Below, one piece after another: positions 39,601-50,233 of a stretch of DNA of 64,000 nucleotides. The translations under genes were made by a program, and so were the position numbers. This stretch comes from Thalia democratica. Taxonomy: Eukaryota. Location: contig CBDBBG010000166.1 of assembly GCA_965202585.1 (NCBI GenBank), positions 1-64,000 of the forward strand, given 5' to 3'. The first letter of the stretch is position 1. Every line of letters begins with the position of its first letter. Under the pieces are notes generated by a model. The model made no database searches. It was not told the origin of the DNA and saw only the letters and a program-made list of their open reading frames with translations.

Positions 39601-42025
39601 TCTTTTTTATAAGATTGTAAACTTTTTGAAATGTAAACTTACCGTCCATGACAACCAATGGAGCCGATGAAGTTGTCTGGCCCTGCTGGTTGGCGATGGC
39701 GCATGTGATTGTTCCGCTGTCCTCCTCTGCTACGCCCACTAGTGTCAGAGTGTGCTTCTCCCTGTCGCTTCGCACTTGGCAGCTGACAGAATCGTGTACT
39801 TGTACTCCCTTTTATTTCAAAATTGAGTTATGCGTTTGACTAACTAAGAATTAAAGTTTTTATTAAAATCTTTTTCACCTTATGTCTAATTAATTAAAAT
39901 GAGTTGGTATGAAAAAAACAAACTTAGAAGTTACAAAGTTATAAACTTGTAATATCTTATTTTCTCAATGCCTATTTTTTTGGTATTCAACGTCAAATTT
40001 AAACTTAATAAAATAAAAAAGTCTCACCTCTTTGTACCAAGCAACGATGGGTGTGGGGGTTCCAAAAATTATCGCATTGAAAACAGCGTCACCACCTGGC
40101 GAAACCCTAACTCCCTCAAGTTGAGTTTCGAACCTCGGTGAAATCGCCATCGCTATGTGATGTTAAATTTATTTTAACTTAGAATTTGATATTAAGTTTG
40201 TAGAAGTAAAAAAGTTAAGTTTTTGTTGAGCATACATAATTTAACTTGGAAGAGCTTCATACTGCTAGTATGATAAATAAGAAAAACATTGTAATTAAAA
40301 AATGTTAAATAAGTAAGTCTATGCAAACTCACTAACTTAGACTTTACATGTTTTAATTTCTAAAAACAGGAGGAGTTTTCAAATCATGCTAACCAGCTTT
40401 ATAAAGGCTACTTTTGTTTCAATGCCACAAGTCAAACAGCTTTATCTAAACAAATCTTGATGCGCTACTAAAATTATGTTTACAAAAGTTTGTTCTTTTG
40501 TTGATACTTAATATTTTAAAAAAAATTGCACGAACATCTGATGCTGAGGTTGGCGGTGGAGGAGTTTTCTCCCTTGTCGTTGCTGACGTAGCACGCGTAC
40601 CTGCCCCCGTCCCCCAGTATCACCTTGTCGATCCGCAGCACGCACTTGCCGTTCTCGAAGTTGGCCAGCTGGAACCGCGGCGATGACGTCACGTCCACTC
40701 CCTCGTAGAACCAACGTATTTTTGGGCGCGGCGATCCTGCAACGGAGTTTGTTTGAAAACTAATAAAACTTTTCGTAAAATATGTTTAAGCGTGCGAAAT
40801 TTTAACGGCTTAAATTCAAGAATAATTTTTTGAAGAAATAATGATTTCCGCTAAATAAGTAATTCTTAAAAGCACGTTGGTCTAAAGGTTGCGCGGTACA
40901 GTCATTTTTTTAATAAAAACTGTTTAAAACACGAAAGATATGTTCCTTTTTCATGTAGATACAAAACATATATTAAGTAAAAGCACTTTCATTAACCAAA
41001 ATCAAAAATACATCATTGCAGATTGCGTGGGTACAAAGTAGAGATCTTTGTATGGAAGTGATTTAATAAAAAATTAAACACTTTTAGGTTGAATAGTATA
41101 AACAAGAAAACATCAGTGAAAGTCCACAGAGCCTAAGTCTGGACATTCGTATGCCTTCAGACAAGCCCAAGTTAATATAAAGCATGATAATACCAATTCA
41201 ATCATCAGACCGCAAGCTTTCGGTAGACTGAGACCCGAGTTTCGTTCTTATTGAAACCGAAAGCTTGTGGTCGGATGATCGAAGTGGTATGATCAAAACT
41301 CTATAAATAGTATTTAGTTATAACCTAATAGTTTTATAAGGTTTTAAGCTAAAATAGTATAAGTACGTTTTTGTTTTTTTAACCAAAATAAAAATAGGTT
41401 TTTTTTAAGTTTTAATAAGTTTTAATAAATTAGTTTTGTTTTTTAATCTTATATGAGAAGTAGTAAAAAAACTAACGTGAAAGAATTTTCATTGATTACA
41501 TTTGTTTTAGTAAAACATTTATTTCAAATTAATGATGTGCATAAATTGCACTCAGTTATTGTTTGTAATTGTTGTATAAAAAGTTTAAACTAAAAATTAT
41601 TTAAAAAAACTTACATGAGTTTATTAAAATTTAAAACATGTTTCGGAAGCCGAGATTTTTTTTTTCATAACGTTCAAAACGTAATAATCACGCAATTAGC
41701 ACCGTAGCTGAGTCAAAACTTTAATATACTTGTAAATATTATAAGTGTTAGTGTGGGAATTCCCATTACAGTTTTTTCTTAATTCGGGTTTTACACAAAA
41801 CTTTTAAATAAAATCTTGCCATGGGCCCAAACATTTACTTCCCTGCTCTAAACAAAGATGTTCTAAAATTGTAAAAAATAATTTAAATAAAAAAAGCAAA
41901 CCCCCAACTATGCATTCGAACTGTACACTCCAGTCCTTCACTGCCACCACGTTCTGAAGCGGCTGCAAAAAACACGGCATTTCCGGCTCAGTGACGTCAT
42001 TTTCTTCAGTGACGTCAGTGGCCAT
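1..42025 (-). CDS. TTN: Titin/connectin, 5' part (Z-disc, proximal I-band, novex/N2B-position region); about 50 exons, continues off the left edge
   Basis: Exons spliced by hand with GT-AG sites and mostly consistent phases give a chain of I-set Ig domains. The motifs match vertebrate titin as I recall it, in the same order: GRPMPEV...DYSHRLVIKEDG, AWYTATAVNKHGRD..RCKV, FEFGYASL..RDTG, KGLVESTQLPE, SKRFRVWYDG, EDFRKLL, RDRSYEMHLRETKRELLHH, GSDASFHV..ITWSYP..VCELLIRNV (I1). Confidence 0.95.
2199..3736 (-). CDS. TTN: Large titin exon: Ig half, Ser/Asp-rich unique region, and a terminal Ig interrupted by +1 A at 2387-2392
   Basis: FDTEIMRR...SGEYKVTVSNEEG. Removing one A converts WTKKRR* to WTKNGDKVRNN...HTGKYVFVAEG, ending at the consensus donor G|GTAAGT (2199). 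Confidence 0.85.
4060..6021 (-). CDS. TTN: Small titin exons 6021-5943, 5308-5264, 4217-4060 (first half of an Ig)
   Basis: EEESLRKSETKDNED; VAKARSKANNVKPAFLIKPKRSYDVPVDERFRIKCTFVASPKPIVEWYFNDEK; phases 1-1-0 fit. The 6021 exon is less certain. Confidence 0.65.
6322..6497. repeat. 46-bp tandem repeat, about 3.7 copies
   Basis: gatat(c/t)ttcacgcatgagttcacacgccaccctctcacac units start at 6325, 6371, 6417 and 6463. Confidence 0.95.
6505..6840 (-). CDS. TTN: Titin Ig exon (divergent Ig)
   Basis: EKRKSYWQQ...VRLECVMSGSSSVEWRRDGEPL...MSGVYTCVGRDEFG; acceptor cccacag, weak donor G|GTGACG; read-through gives TGA at 6470. Confidence 0.8.
7183..12860 (-). CDS. TTN: Giant titin exon (about 1890 aa after correcting 11 single-base indels): E/K/S/R-rich unique sequence ending in one Ig domain
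   Basis: Eleven overlapping minus-strand ORFs join into one frame by +/-1 changes, mostly in homopolymers (net +5; 5678-5=5673=3x1891, phase 1 to phase 1). Ends with APESFAPCFKKSL...CKVEGL-like Ig and donor G|GTTAGT. The acceptor at 12860 is inferred. Confidence 0.75.
9770..10130 (-). repeat. 5 x 78-bp (26-aa) coding repeat KLNESENAFE... inside the giant exon
   Basis: Anchors at 9795, 9873, 9951, 10029 and 10107, exact 78-bp period. Confidence 0.9.
13263..15557 (-). CDS. TTN: Titin Ig exons 15557-15366, 15116-14931, 14391-14249, 14146-14011, 13715-13263 (three Ig domains; three exons carry compensating indel pairs)
   Basis: AVQIVQPLQDFHAKKGQTARFTCEIAGTNPTVVWRRND...DEGTYECIVSN; LPPKVLSPLQPLHVIEG...DSGEVRCHASN; ACPDPQVAWYKDG...DVGLYECVASNKLG. 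Confidence 0.85.
15796..23849 (-). CDS. TTN: Titin proximal tandem-Ig segment (exons 23849-23556, 23216-23086, 22816-22681, 22477-22338, 22029-21896, 21605-21172, 20931-20793, 20347-20087, 19793-19521, 19303-19158, 18881-18636, 18346-18205, 17901-17632, 17047-16900, 16644-16520, 16416-16276, 15942-15796)
   Basis: About 11 short I-set Ig domains with W-x-K/H-N/D-G and D-x-G-x-Y motifs. Phases are consistent apart from one +1 base at 22388-22389. Confidence 0.9.
24178..25915 (-). CDS. TTN: Titin Z/I junction unique sequence and Ig I1 (exons 25915-25746, 25325-25173, 24851-24666, 24295-24178)
   Basis: RDRSYEMHLRETKRELLHH; APIVVEGLRNCKVRAGSDASFHVKFDSDPLPKVTW...ITWSYPKRDVCELLIRNVCAEDAG...SQAFLVVK. 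Confidence 0.92.
26275..30090 (-). CDS. TTN: Titin distal Z-disc Ig exons (30090-29926, 29562-29394, 28991-28754, 28263-28114, 27797-27686, 27575-27421, 27080-26890, 26463-26275)
   Basis: Translations include EDYSHRLVIKEDGVRSLII, KEGDTIRLEVFAVGKPTPEIVW, AWYTATAVNKHGRD, QKPKFRKKL, PICDPNMKVEW, SKRFRVWYDG, QEDFRKLL. Confidence 0.92.
30734..31670 (-). CDS. Large intronic coding exon (312 codons), candidate alternative first coding exon of titin
   Basis: Uninterrupted 329-aa ORF in AT-rich DNA. Acceptor ttttttttgtattag sits 3 nt before the ATG. Donor AAAG|GTAAAC at 30734 is phase 1, matching the next titin exon (30090). Confidence 0.65.
30860..31085 (-). repeat. 3 x 78-bp (26-aa) coding repeat, e.g. 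NNDTKLKRSTSDRLGSNGIKEQEKIF
   Basis: gagcgttta anchors at 30889, 30967 and 31045, exactly 78 bp apart. Confidence 0.9.
33095..34499 (-). CDS. TTN: Titin linker exons 34499-34442 and 34021-33827, plus first half of next Ig (33207-33095)
   Basis: DQYRMSQEETAVSEQTTSIR|GRKERRSSSRG...IEKSYL|PRFLSKPDSIVCTEGNATRIDCKVTGRPMPEVTFFLK; phases 1-2-2-1 fit. Confidence 0.8.
35024..36783 (-). CDS. TTN: Titin Z-disc Ig domains 3 and 4 (exons 36783-36657, 36302-36148, 35972-35875, 35635-35334, 35137-35024)
   Basis: KISGDPVPEVAWYRGDQMVESNQDFEITYDG...DSDLYTCTATNEHG; PPCFVTTPDPVMTLVEGGQVRIDCVITGAPRP...DIGEYQISATNQFG; all phases consistent. Confidence 0.9.
38537..39556 (-). CDS. TTN: Titin Z-disc unique insert (exons 39556-39459, 39345-39241, 38989-38537), Ser/His/Arg-rich
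   Basis: Three phase-compatible exons, about 220 aa: GEQENTSEG..., ...SMRSVRISPS, GIANIPPSPG...HHQKTNQTRH...RNSYMPFSK. Confidence 0.8.
39643..40152 (-). CDS. TTN: Titin Ig Z2 (exons 40152-40028, 39808-39643)
   Basis: ISPRFETQLEGVRVSPGGDAVFNAIIFGTPTPIVAWYKE|GVQVHDSVSCQVRSDREKHTLTLVGVAEEDSGTITCAIANQQGQTTSSAPLVVMD. Confidence 0.9.
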
Positions 42026-42037
42026 TTTTCGTGTTAT
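40536..42037 (-). CDS. TTN: Titin Ig Z1 (exons 42037-41902 with ATG at 42025; 40736-40536)
   Basis: MATDVTEENDVTEPEMPCFLQPLQNVVAVKDWSVQFECIVGGSPRPKIRWFYEG...GRYACYVSNDKGENSSTANLSIR; phase-1 junctions match. Confidence 0.9.
41185..41295. other. Intronic inverted repeat / hairpin (40-nt arms, 31-nt loop)
   Basis: 41185-41224 is the reverse complement of 41256-41295 with 5 mismatches. Confidence 0.85.
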
Positions 42038-43204
42038 CTGTTTAAAAATTATTAATTTCTAAATTTTCCTTTTAGGAAAGAACTTCTATACGCGATTATA
42101 ACTTGTTGCAAAAATGTGTTGTACAGAACCAAAGTTTAAAACAAATGTTTAAACTTTAAATAATAAAGTAAATTGATTATTTTTGGCATGTTCTTCTCAC
42201 AATGTTTTAATTTGTGAATATTTGTAATATATGGTTTAAGGTTTTCAAAGTTCATTGGTTGTGGTTTAGAGATGACTAATTCGTGCTTTTTGCAAATGCC
42301 GCATGCTTAAAGTAAAAATTAGGTAACACCACCTAGACGCTTTTAATACACCTATTTGCCTCTTTGTCAATCGATCATATTGTTTTAATATTCGTGCACA
42401 AAATAGTTAACTATGTTTACCATGAGTATCAAAGTTATAAAGCTCGAAAACTAAACGGTTTACCAAAATTTATATAAAGCTTTGAAAGATTGATTGATTT
42501 TTTTTAATTAGTCTAGTTTTTCGACTTTATAAAAAAAAAATAAGGATTTGATTCTAAACTAAAATTTCAACTTAAAAAATATCAATTTTAACAAAAAAAA
42601 AATATAGAAAACACAAATGATTTTCTTTTACGATAACTTTATGAATCTAAGTTCTACATTTTTTAATTGTTTTTAATTAACGCAATGGGCTAGCAATATT
42701 GATTATGAAACTTATAAAACATTAAATTAATACGAATGTGTAAAATACTTTTATGGATTTTCTTTTACAGTTCTAAAATATTTCATATTTTATAATATTT
42801 TGTATACAAGACGTGTACAAAGTAATATTTTAAATAGATTTACTCCTAGATTACTCCTTTACTAGATATAAGTATAACTTTTTTTTTAACTTGTATTCTA
42901 AAAACATACCTAATAAAAAATTCTTATAATTTTCAACTATAGTTTATTTTTTTACCAAGTTTTTTAATAAATGTTTCTTTGGATATTCATTTTAAAGATG
43001 TACTCTATCCTATTAGAAATTGCTCTTCTTTATAATAGTAAACAGTTTACAAAATATTTATCTATTTTCAAGTATATAAAACAAAAAACTAACAAATATC
43101 TATTTCTTTCTTATTTGTTCAAAAAGTGTTATCCAATAGTTCGGTACAGCTCGGAAGCTATAACCGAATGACAAAATAGTTCGGACGGAGACAACTTGCA
43201 TTAC

Positions 43205-43330
43205 CTCATGCGTTTTTCCCTGATTGTCTCTTATCGCATTATTATCTTTTATGACGTCACCGTTGGATGCTTGTTGCATCACGATGGCAGATAACTTATG
43301 TCTGCATTGTTTCAGCATATTATCTTCTTG
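43205..43330 (-). promoter_or_regulatory. Probable titin promoter / first exon: CRE (TGACGTCA 43252-43259) abutting ATAAAAG, GATA motifs, then donor GAG|GTAATG at 43205
   Basis: Motifs read directly. The donor is phase 0 and in frame with acceptor 42037 (ATA ACA CGA AAA ATG). CRE-like motifs are a known feature of ascidian muscle promoters. Confidence 0.5.
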
Positions 43331-45655
43331 TGGAGATAATAGTTATTATGCTTCCGTAATGCAATATTGTCTCCCTTGCATTAAAATATGTAATTAATTT
43401 AAATAAAAGTTTTGTTTTGCGGTTCTTTTAATATATTTGTTAAATACAAACTACAGAAAGTAATTTAACTTGTTTAATTCGTACAGAATGACTGTTTGAA
43501 AAGCAACATTTTGAATAAAAACTATCTAAAAACATCATTTTTGTTATTTAATGTTAAACATTTAACAAAAAGTGCCGATAGAAGTTTTTATTGTTTAGAT
43601 TTATTAACTTTTACGTATATAAATAAATAAAACATACTCAAGATTTAGTTGTCATAATTTTGAAGTTTACCTTGCAAATTTTTCATAAAACGTATTTTAT
43701 TCCAACCAAAGAATTGTATTTGCTTAAGAAATTGTTTTCAAAGTCTAAACATCAAATATATATATATATATAAATGAAGTAGTAGAAAGTAAGTTTATTT
43801 ATTGAAATCTTTTCAAATAGAAAGCTAAAGTCATGTTTTCGTGAAAAAAAAACTATAGCATACATCTCAAATAGGATTTTTTTCAAATACTAGTTGCAGT
43901 AGAAACTTTAAACAAAATACACTTACTTAACTTTAGTTTTTAATTTTTCTAAAGTCTTTCACAGTAAAAAAGTGTATATTATTTTTAATCATCCTAAAAG
44001 TTTTACTTTTTTACAAACTAAAAGTAAGTAAATTCATTCACTTAGTATACAAGTTAATTTTAAAGCATATAAAATTTAAAAAACTTGCATTTTTTAATAT
44101 GTTTGTACGCAATAACAAAAAGTAAGAATAAATTCTTAAAACATTTTAAGCAACGTTTTATACAAATTTTAGAAACTAAATATTTGCGAAAAAATCTAGT
44201 TTAATCAAAGCAATACGTAGAAAAATTAACTGAGTAAACATATAACCTAAGTTTTAAATTGATAAAAAGGTTTTAATAAATACCCTAATCTTTGAGAATT
44301 TTTTTTCATATGTACTCAAATTAGATATGATTGTTTTGGTTATATAGGTCTAGAATGTTTGTTTAAATTTCATATTATAATTAATAAGAGTATCATCACA
44401 AAAAATTTCAATTAGTATTCTTTGTAAAACTTTGTTTTATGTTATTTCAATATACACAATATTATATATTTCAATTTAAAAAAAATAGTGCAGTCAGAGC
44501 AGTAAATATTCATGCTCGATTAGTTGCTAAATATTACAAGCAAAGCAATATTAATTTGAATAAAATTACATGTGTGCTACAAATATTAGTTAGTCTTCTA
44601 TAAAATACTAAAAAACAGCAGACAAACTGAGAACCAGCACATTTTTGATCGGTTTATTTTTAGAGTAAACCTTAATTATCTTCCTTATTTTTTTAATGAA
44701 AAGTTTTCAAACTTACATGGTGAAAGACTTATACTGATAAAATTTTTAAACTTAGTTACTGGATAACAGTTGATGGAATTTGAAACATTTTGTGTTTTTA
44801 AGCAAAAAGTATACTCCATTTATCAGTGTTGTGTTTTTATTAATATCAAGAAAAGATTGTGCTTAGTAAAGCAAATTTATAATACTTTTTTTTCTTTATG
44901 ATTTTATAGGTTAAAGAAAAGTCAGACTTCGAAAAATAAAGTTTGTTCTATTTATGTTTATAAAAAACAGTACTTTATAAATTGTTAAAATTAAAGAGTT
45001 TTAAATAAAAGTATTTTGTTGTATAAGCGCGTTATAAGCACGATTTAGCATACTCTTGCGGATACTTTTGTAGTAATACATTAAGAAAAAATATGCAATT
45101 GTCTAGTTGCAATTTTTAGTATGTTTGTATGACAATATATACTAACTTACATAAATTTAGACTTGTCTATGTGATTATAACTTTTTTAAATTCACAAAAC
45201 TATTTAAAGTATTACAGTAGGTATAATTACGTTTAGTTTAAAAAATCTATTAAGTTTTTGAGTTCTTTTAGCGAACATTTGAAACTATCATTATTGTTTT
45301 TATTATTTTGTTGTTCGGAAAACAGTATACAAAACAAATTTGTAGTTTATATTAATACTCAAAAAATATAAATAAAAACACATAAATAAGGTTTTAATTA
45401 CTAACTTTATTAAACAAGTACGTTATGTTTCTACTAAGATAAAACGATTATAGTCTACTTGCTAACAATATTTTTTTTTTAATTGTTAGCTGAGTATAGA
45501 TTTTAGTTTCTTTATTTTTCATCAAGTCAACTTTTAGGAAATATTTTAGTCTTGAAACTGAAAGCTGTTTATTTATCGTTATTGTAGACACTTTATTTTT
45601 ATGTGTTTTGTTTTCAACAAAACTGGTGATCTTTAATAGCGTTAAATATCTAGAA

Positions 45656-48600
45656 CAGGGGTTGGCACTTGGCAGGCAGTTGGTGCTCGCGGGCCAAATT
45701 TCAAGTTTTCAAATTCTTTGTGGGCCACAGTTTTAGTGATATTTGAGTAATCTTGGCATTAGTTTTTGTCACACCAGAGATAGTTTTACTTTTATTCACT
45801 TAATTAATTTGAATGACTTTTAGCTACACATAGAATGCCTATTTAATATATAAATATCTATTGGAATAGAATTTACATTGTTTAATATACTTAAGTCTTA
45901 ATAAAATATATACTTTCTTAAACACTTCATGAGTTAAACTTAAAAGTTATTTTTATTATTTTTCTTACAACCTAACTCTCTATAAAAACCGAGCTTAAAA
46001 AACATTTGTTGGTCACTTTTATACATTTTTTATATTATGAACCACCTTTTCATATTTAAAAAAATGTTAACTTTTTTAAATAATTTTTTCGTCTGAAATA
46101 GTTTGCACTCTTTTGAAAATTCAGTTATTAGTTTATTAATTAAAATTAATACCTATATATACTGTAGATAAACTAAATCAATTTTTTTTAACATAATCAG
46201 TGCTCGAATTCTTTAATAAAATACTTTATTAGTAATTAATCAGTCGTTTACACGGTCGCCACTTCAGCAAAATTGTCTGAATTATAATAAAAGTTTATTA
46301 AAAGTTAAAATAGCTAAAAACTTTCTGTTGATCAAGCTTAAATACATAACTAAAATATCATTACTAAAAAAAGCTAATAGAAAAAAAAATTAAAATTAGT
46401 AAACTACACTACAGTCATAAAAACTTTTCTGAGAATTCAAATATTTATTGAAAGTGTTTCAATAAAAGTTTCAGACACACCTGAGTTTTAAACAGGTCTA
46501 AAATTTTAAAAAAATTTTAAACAGCTTAGACCTAGTCTGAGTTTTTAAAATTTTTCAACTAGCCTGTTTGTTAGGCAACCCTGTTTAAAAAAAAGTAAAA
46601 ACTGAAATATCGAAGTTTATTTTAGTGAATTAATTATTTAACTAGAAATATCATAATTCAGCTGGAATGGACAATTAAGTTTTTAAAGATTTTTAACAAA
46701 TGTATAAAAGTTTATTAAGCTATTATTATAGTTTATTGAACGACAAAAAAGACGCTCAAAATAGTTGGTCCAATGACCTGGTGCACAAAGAACCTTTCGG
46801 TTATCGAGTCGCACACCAAGGAAACCTTTTAACGTCTTGTCCAGGACTTAATTAATGAATTAGAAAAATAATTTTTTATTGAACATTATAGCAATTTATT
46901 ATCTGCAATAAAAATATTGCATTTAAAAAGAGCAAATGTGAATTATAAGACGCGCTATAAGAACTATAATACGTTAGTTTGGAGTTATTGCAAGAAACAA
47001 AAAAAAAACAAATCGCTTAAGTCAGTTTGAACAACGCACATGATTATTTTCAGTAACTACAGACTGATCAGAAAAAACTGTTAAGGCAAGTTATAAAGTA
47101 GCAAAAGTAATTACTAAAAAGAGATACCGTTGAGAGTTGAAAACTTATTTAAATAATTTGTGTTTGAGTTTGAAAAATATTTTTGTTTATTTCTTCAATA
47201 TCAACAAGTAGTCGTGTTTAGGAAATGTCTGAAGATTATAAAGCCGCATAAACTAAAGTAGGACTTAAATCAACCTGTTAAGATGAGAGAACTGATACAA
47301 CAGATATTGCTCATTTTAGAATTTTTATTACAAGTGGTTTTACTAATTTAATGACATTTTAGAAGAATTTCTAGGTTTGGTTCCAATACAAAGCATAACA
47401 ATAGGTAAAGATATTATAAAAGCAATGGTGCAATGCACCAAGAAAAATCTTTTAAATGTACAGCTTTTTTCTTCTATTTTTAGTATAAAATCAAGTTAAA
47501 GTTAAAAAAACTGTCTTAAATAACATAGAAAAGTTAAAAAGATACTTTTAAGCTACTTAAATGTGTTTTATAATAAAAAACATTTATATGGTAGATTTTT
47601 TGTGTCAAATCGAAGTTTCATTACTTTACATGTAAAAATTGTTTAAAATTCCAGGTTTTTTCGATAATTCTCAAATTCAAGGCTTTTACAGATTTTTTAA
47701 GTATAAATTTTTAAATTCAAAGTTTATCCAGGATTTTTTGACAACACTAATTGTTCAGACTTATATGTATAAAAATAATACAAATAATTATTAAAACTAT
47801 ATCAGCTGCAAGACTTAAAATTTAAAATATATTTTTATTCAAACCAACACTGTGCATTAAACAAAGCATACATCATAAATTTAGTTTACCACTCTTTAAA
47901 GCAAAAAAGTCAGTACGAGTGACCAAAACTAGCCTGATATTTTAGCATACAAAAGCAATTCAAGCCAAAAACTGAAAAATGACTAAATTGGCATGAGGTT
48001 TGAAGTCTTAAAATAGTCATAGTCTGAGTGTGTGGCAATTTTTATTTGTTTGTTTGATCGAATTTGAACTATTATGATTAAAAATTTACAAATTAAAAAA
48101 TTACCATTTCTCAATATAGTTTGTATTATATAGGCAATTCTAAAAAACACCAACTGTTTATATTAGTATGCAACGCATAAAAAATAACTTATTTTGCCAA
48201 AAAACATTGTTTGAAAAATCAAAAAAGTATAACTAATTAAAACTTTTTTAATTTATGTCATATATATTGTTTTAAATGTGTCTGTACAAACTTAGATATT
48301 AGATGTAGAAACAATAATGTTAGAAAATTATGCTTCAACTAAGTTTTATCTCGTTAAGTATTAAATAAAAAGTGGTTTAAAATATGAGTATTTTTGTTCA
48401 TTGATGTGAATAAAAACTATTTTAAACTGCAAAGAAAACTTCTAAAAAACAAAGGTGTCAGAACCAAAAGAAAATAACTTTACTTCCTATTATTATTTTT
48501 ATTCTACTTTAAACATTTTTGTGCACACTAACATATAACATTTAGTAATAAAACATCTGTAAAAGAAACTTAGGTATAAAAAAAGCGTAAAAAAAAACAA

Positions 48601-48997
48601 AACTGTAAAGAAATGAAAATTTAGTTAATTATTTTGCATTAATTTTGTACAAAACGGAAAACACTTGCATTTACTTTATTTACTAAATAGGTATTGTTTA
48701 TTTATCTTACTAATTCAAAGCACTTTTTACACTCTTTTTCAGAAAATAATATGCTGTTGTAAGAAGAAGTTTATAACGAAATTAAGAATAAAACCTGGTT
48801 GAATGCTAAACTGTCTTTTTAACATTTTGAAACTAAATCAGTAAAGTCTATTAATTCTTTTTAAAAGTTATACAGGGACTTAAAACTAAACTAATAAAAA
48901 AAATTTAACTTAACATATATTTTTGCTCAGCGGGCCACATTAACATGCTCGCGGGCCGCAGATTTACCCTTCGCGGGCCGCAGTTTGCCGCCCCCTG
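45656..48997 (+). mobile_element. Decayed hAT (Buster/Charlie-type) DNA transposon, about 3.3 kb
   Basis: Termini CAGGGGTTGGCA...TGCCGCCCCCTG with subterminal GCGGGCC motifs at both ends. Internal transposase remnants: VKASYKVAKVITKK (47080), DERTDTTDIAH (47282), GKDIIKA (47404), with stops and frameshifts. Both 8-bp flanks fit nnnTAnnn. Confidence 0.8.
46251..46583. mobile_element. Possible nested MITE (CACGGTCGCC ... GGCAACCCTG) flanked by TTTA on both sides
   Basis: 8/10 terminal inverted match and a 4-bp direct flank; superfamily not assignable. Confidence 0.4.
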
Positions 48998-50233
48998 GCT
49001 TAACTTAATACGGTAGGGATTTTTAATAATTTATACTACTTATTTTAAATTAAAATGATAAACTACTACCAAAGCAGGTTCAGTTCTACATCTCAGTATC
49101 TTGTGAAAAGTTAAACTAACCATTTATTTTTATTTTATATAAATATTATAGTTTTTATATTCAAATGATGATCTCGTTTGATTTATTTCGTACGAATTAA
49201 AAGATTGTATTGTTAATAAAACTTTTAAAAATTTGAGTTTGTGAAACTTTTTAGCGATTGAGACAGACAAAATATTGTCGCAGTTCACTTAAATAATTTT
49301 GCTAAGTACATCTCATGTAATTTTCCATGGTAAAAACAAAGTTTAACTTTTAAACTATCATTAGTATAGTGACTAATCTTAAAATTAAAACTTTTACCAG
49401 TAGTTGTTTATTGAAAACAAAAATACTACGACTGTTTGTGACAAAAGAAGTTTATTTGTCTGATGTTTGAGATAAAAATCACACCAACAAAAAGTTGAAT
49501 GGAATCAGTTAAGAATTTTCAAAAAGTATAAAAAAGTATAGGGGGAGTAATAGACGAAAGAAAAGTAGTACTGGCAAGACCGAAATAAACAAATTGAGAT
49601 TACGAACAAAACTACTAATTGAAAACCGTTTGTTCATAATTGTTCCGGGTAAAGTTTATATAAAACAAGATTTTTCACACGATTTTTTGTAAGAACAATA
49701 GCGAGTTTTTCTTCATAGCTAGCCAAAATTGAAAGTACGAAAGATTGAGCGAAGAAAAAAAGTTCCAAATAATAATAAAAAACATACTATTTTAAAAAAC
49801 GCTTAGTTAAACTTCATTCATGGACATAATACTGCATCTAAAACTGCACAATTAAAGTGAAAATAATATAAAATTACATGTGATCTTTAAAAAATTCAGA
49901 TTGTCAATATTTTCTTAGGTTTTGAATCATCTTTTGTCTACATTTTCACTATTGTTAGCTTTTATCTATTTTTCTTACCTTTTTTTACGACTCAATTGTA
50001 CATTTTTAAATAAAAAGTATAGAGCTAATAAAACACGATAAAGTTTAAAAGCTAAAAAGTTAGGGCCAAAAATTCACATTTTATTATATTAACCAAATAC
50101 AGCCCACACTCAGTTTTAAGGCTTTTCGTTTCAACCCCGTCAACGCGATTTGAAGTAAAAAAGGTCAGAAAAATTGATTGCACTTTTAAATGTGGCTAAA
50201 GTGTTAACCATGCGCGCAAAAATATTTTTACCG

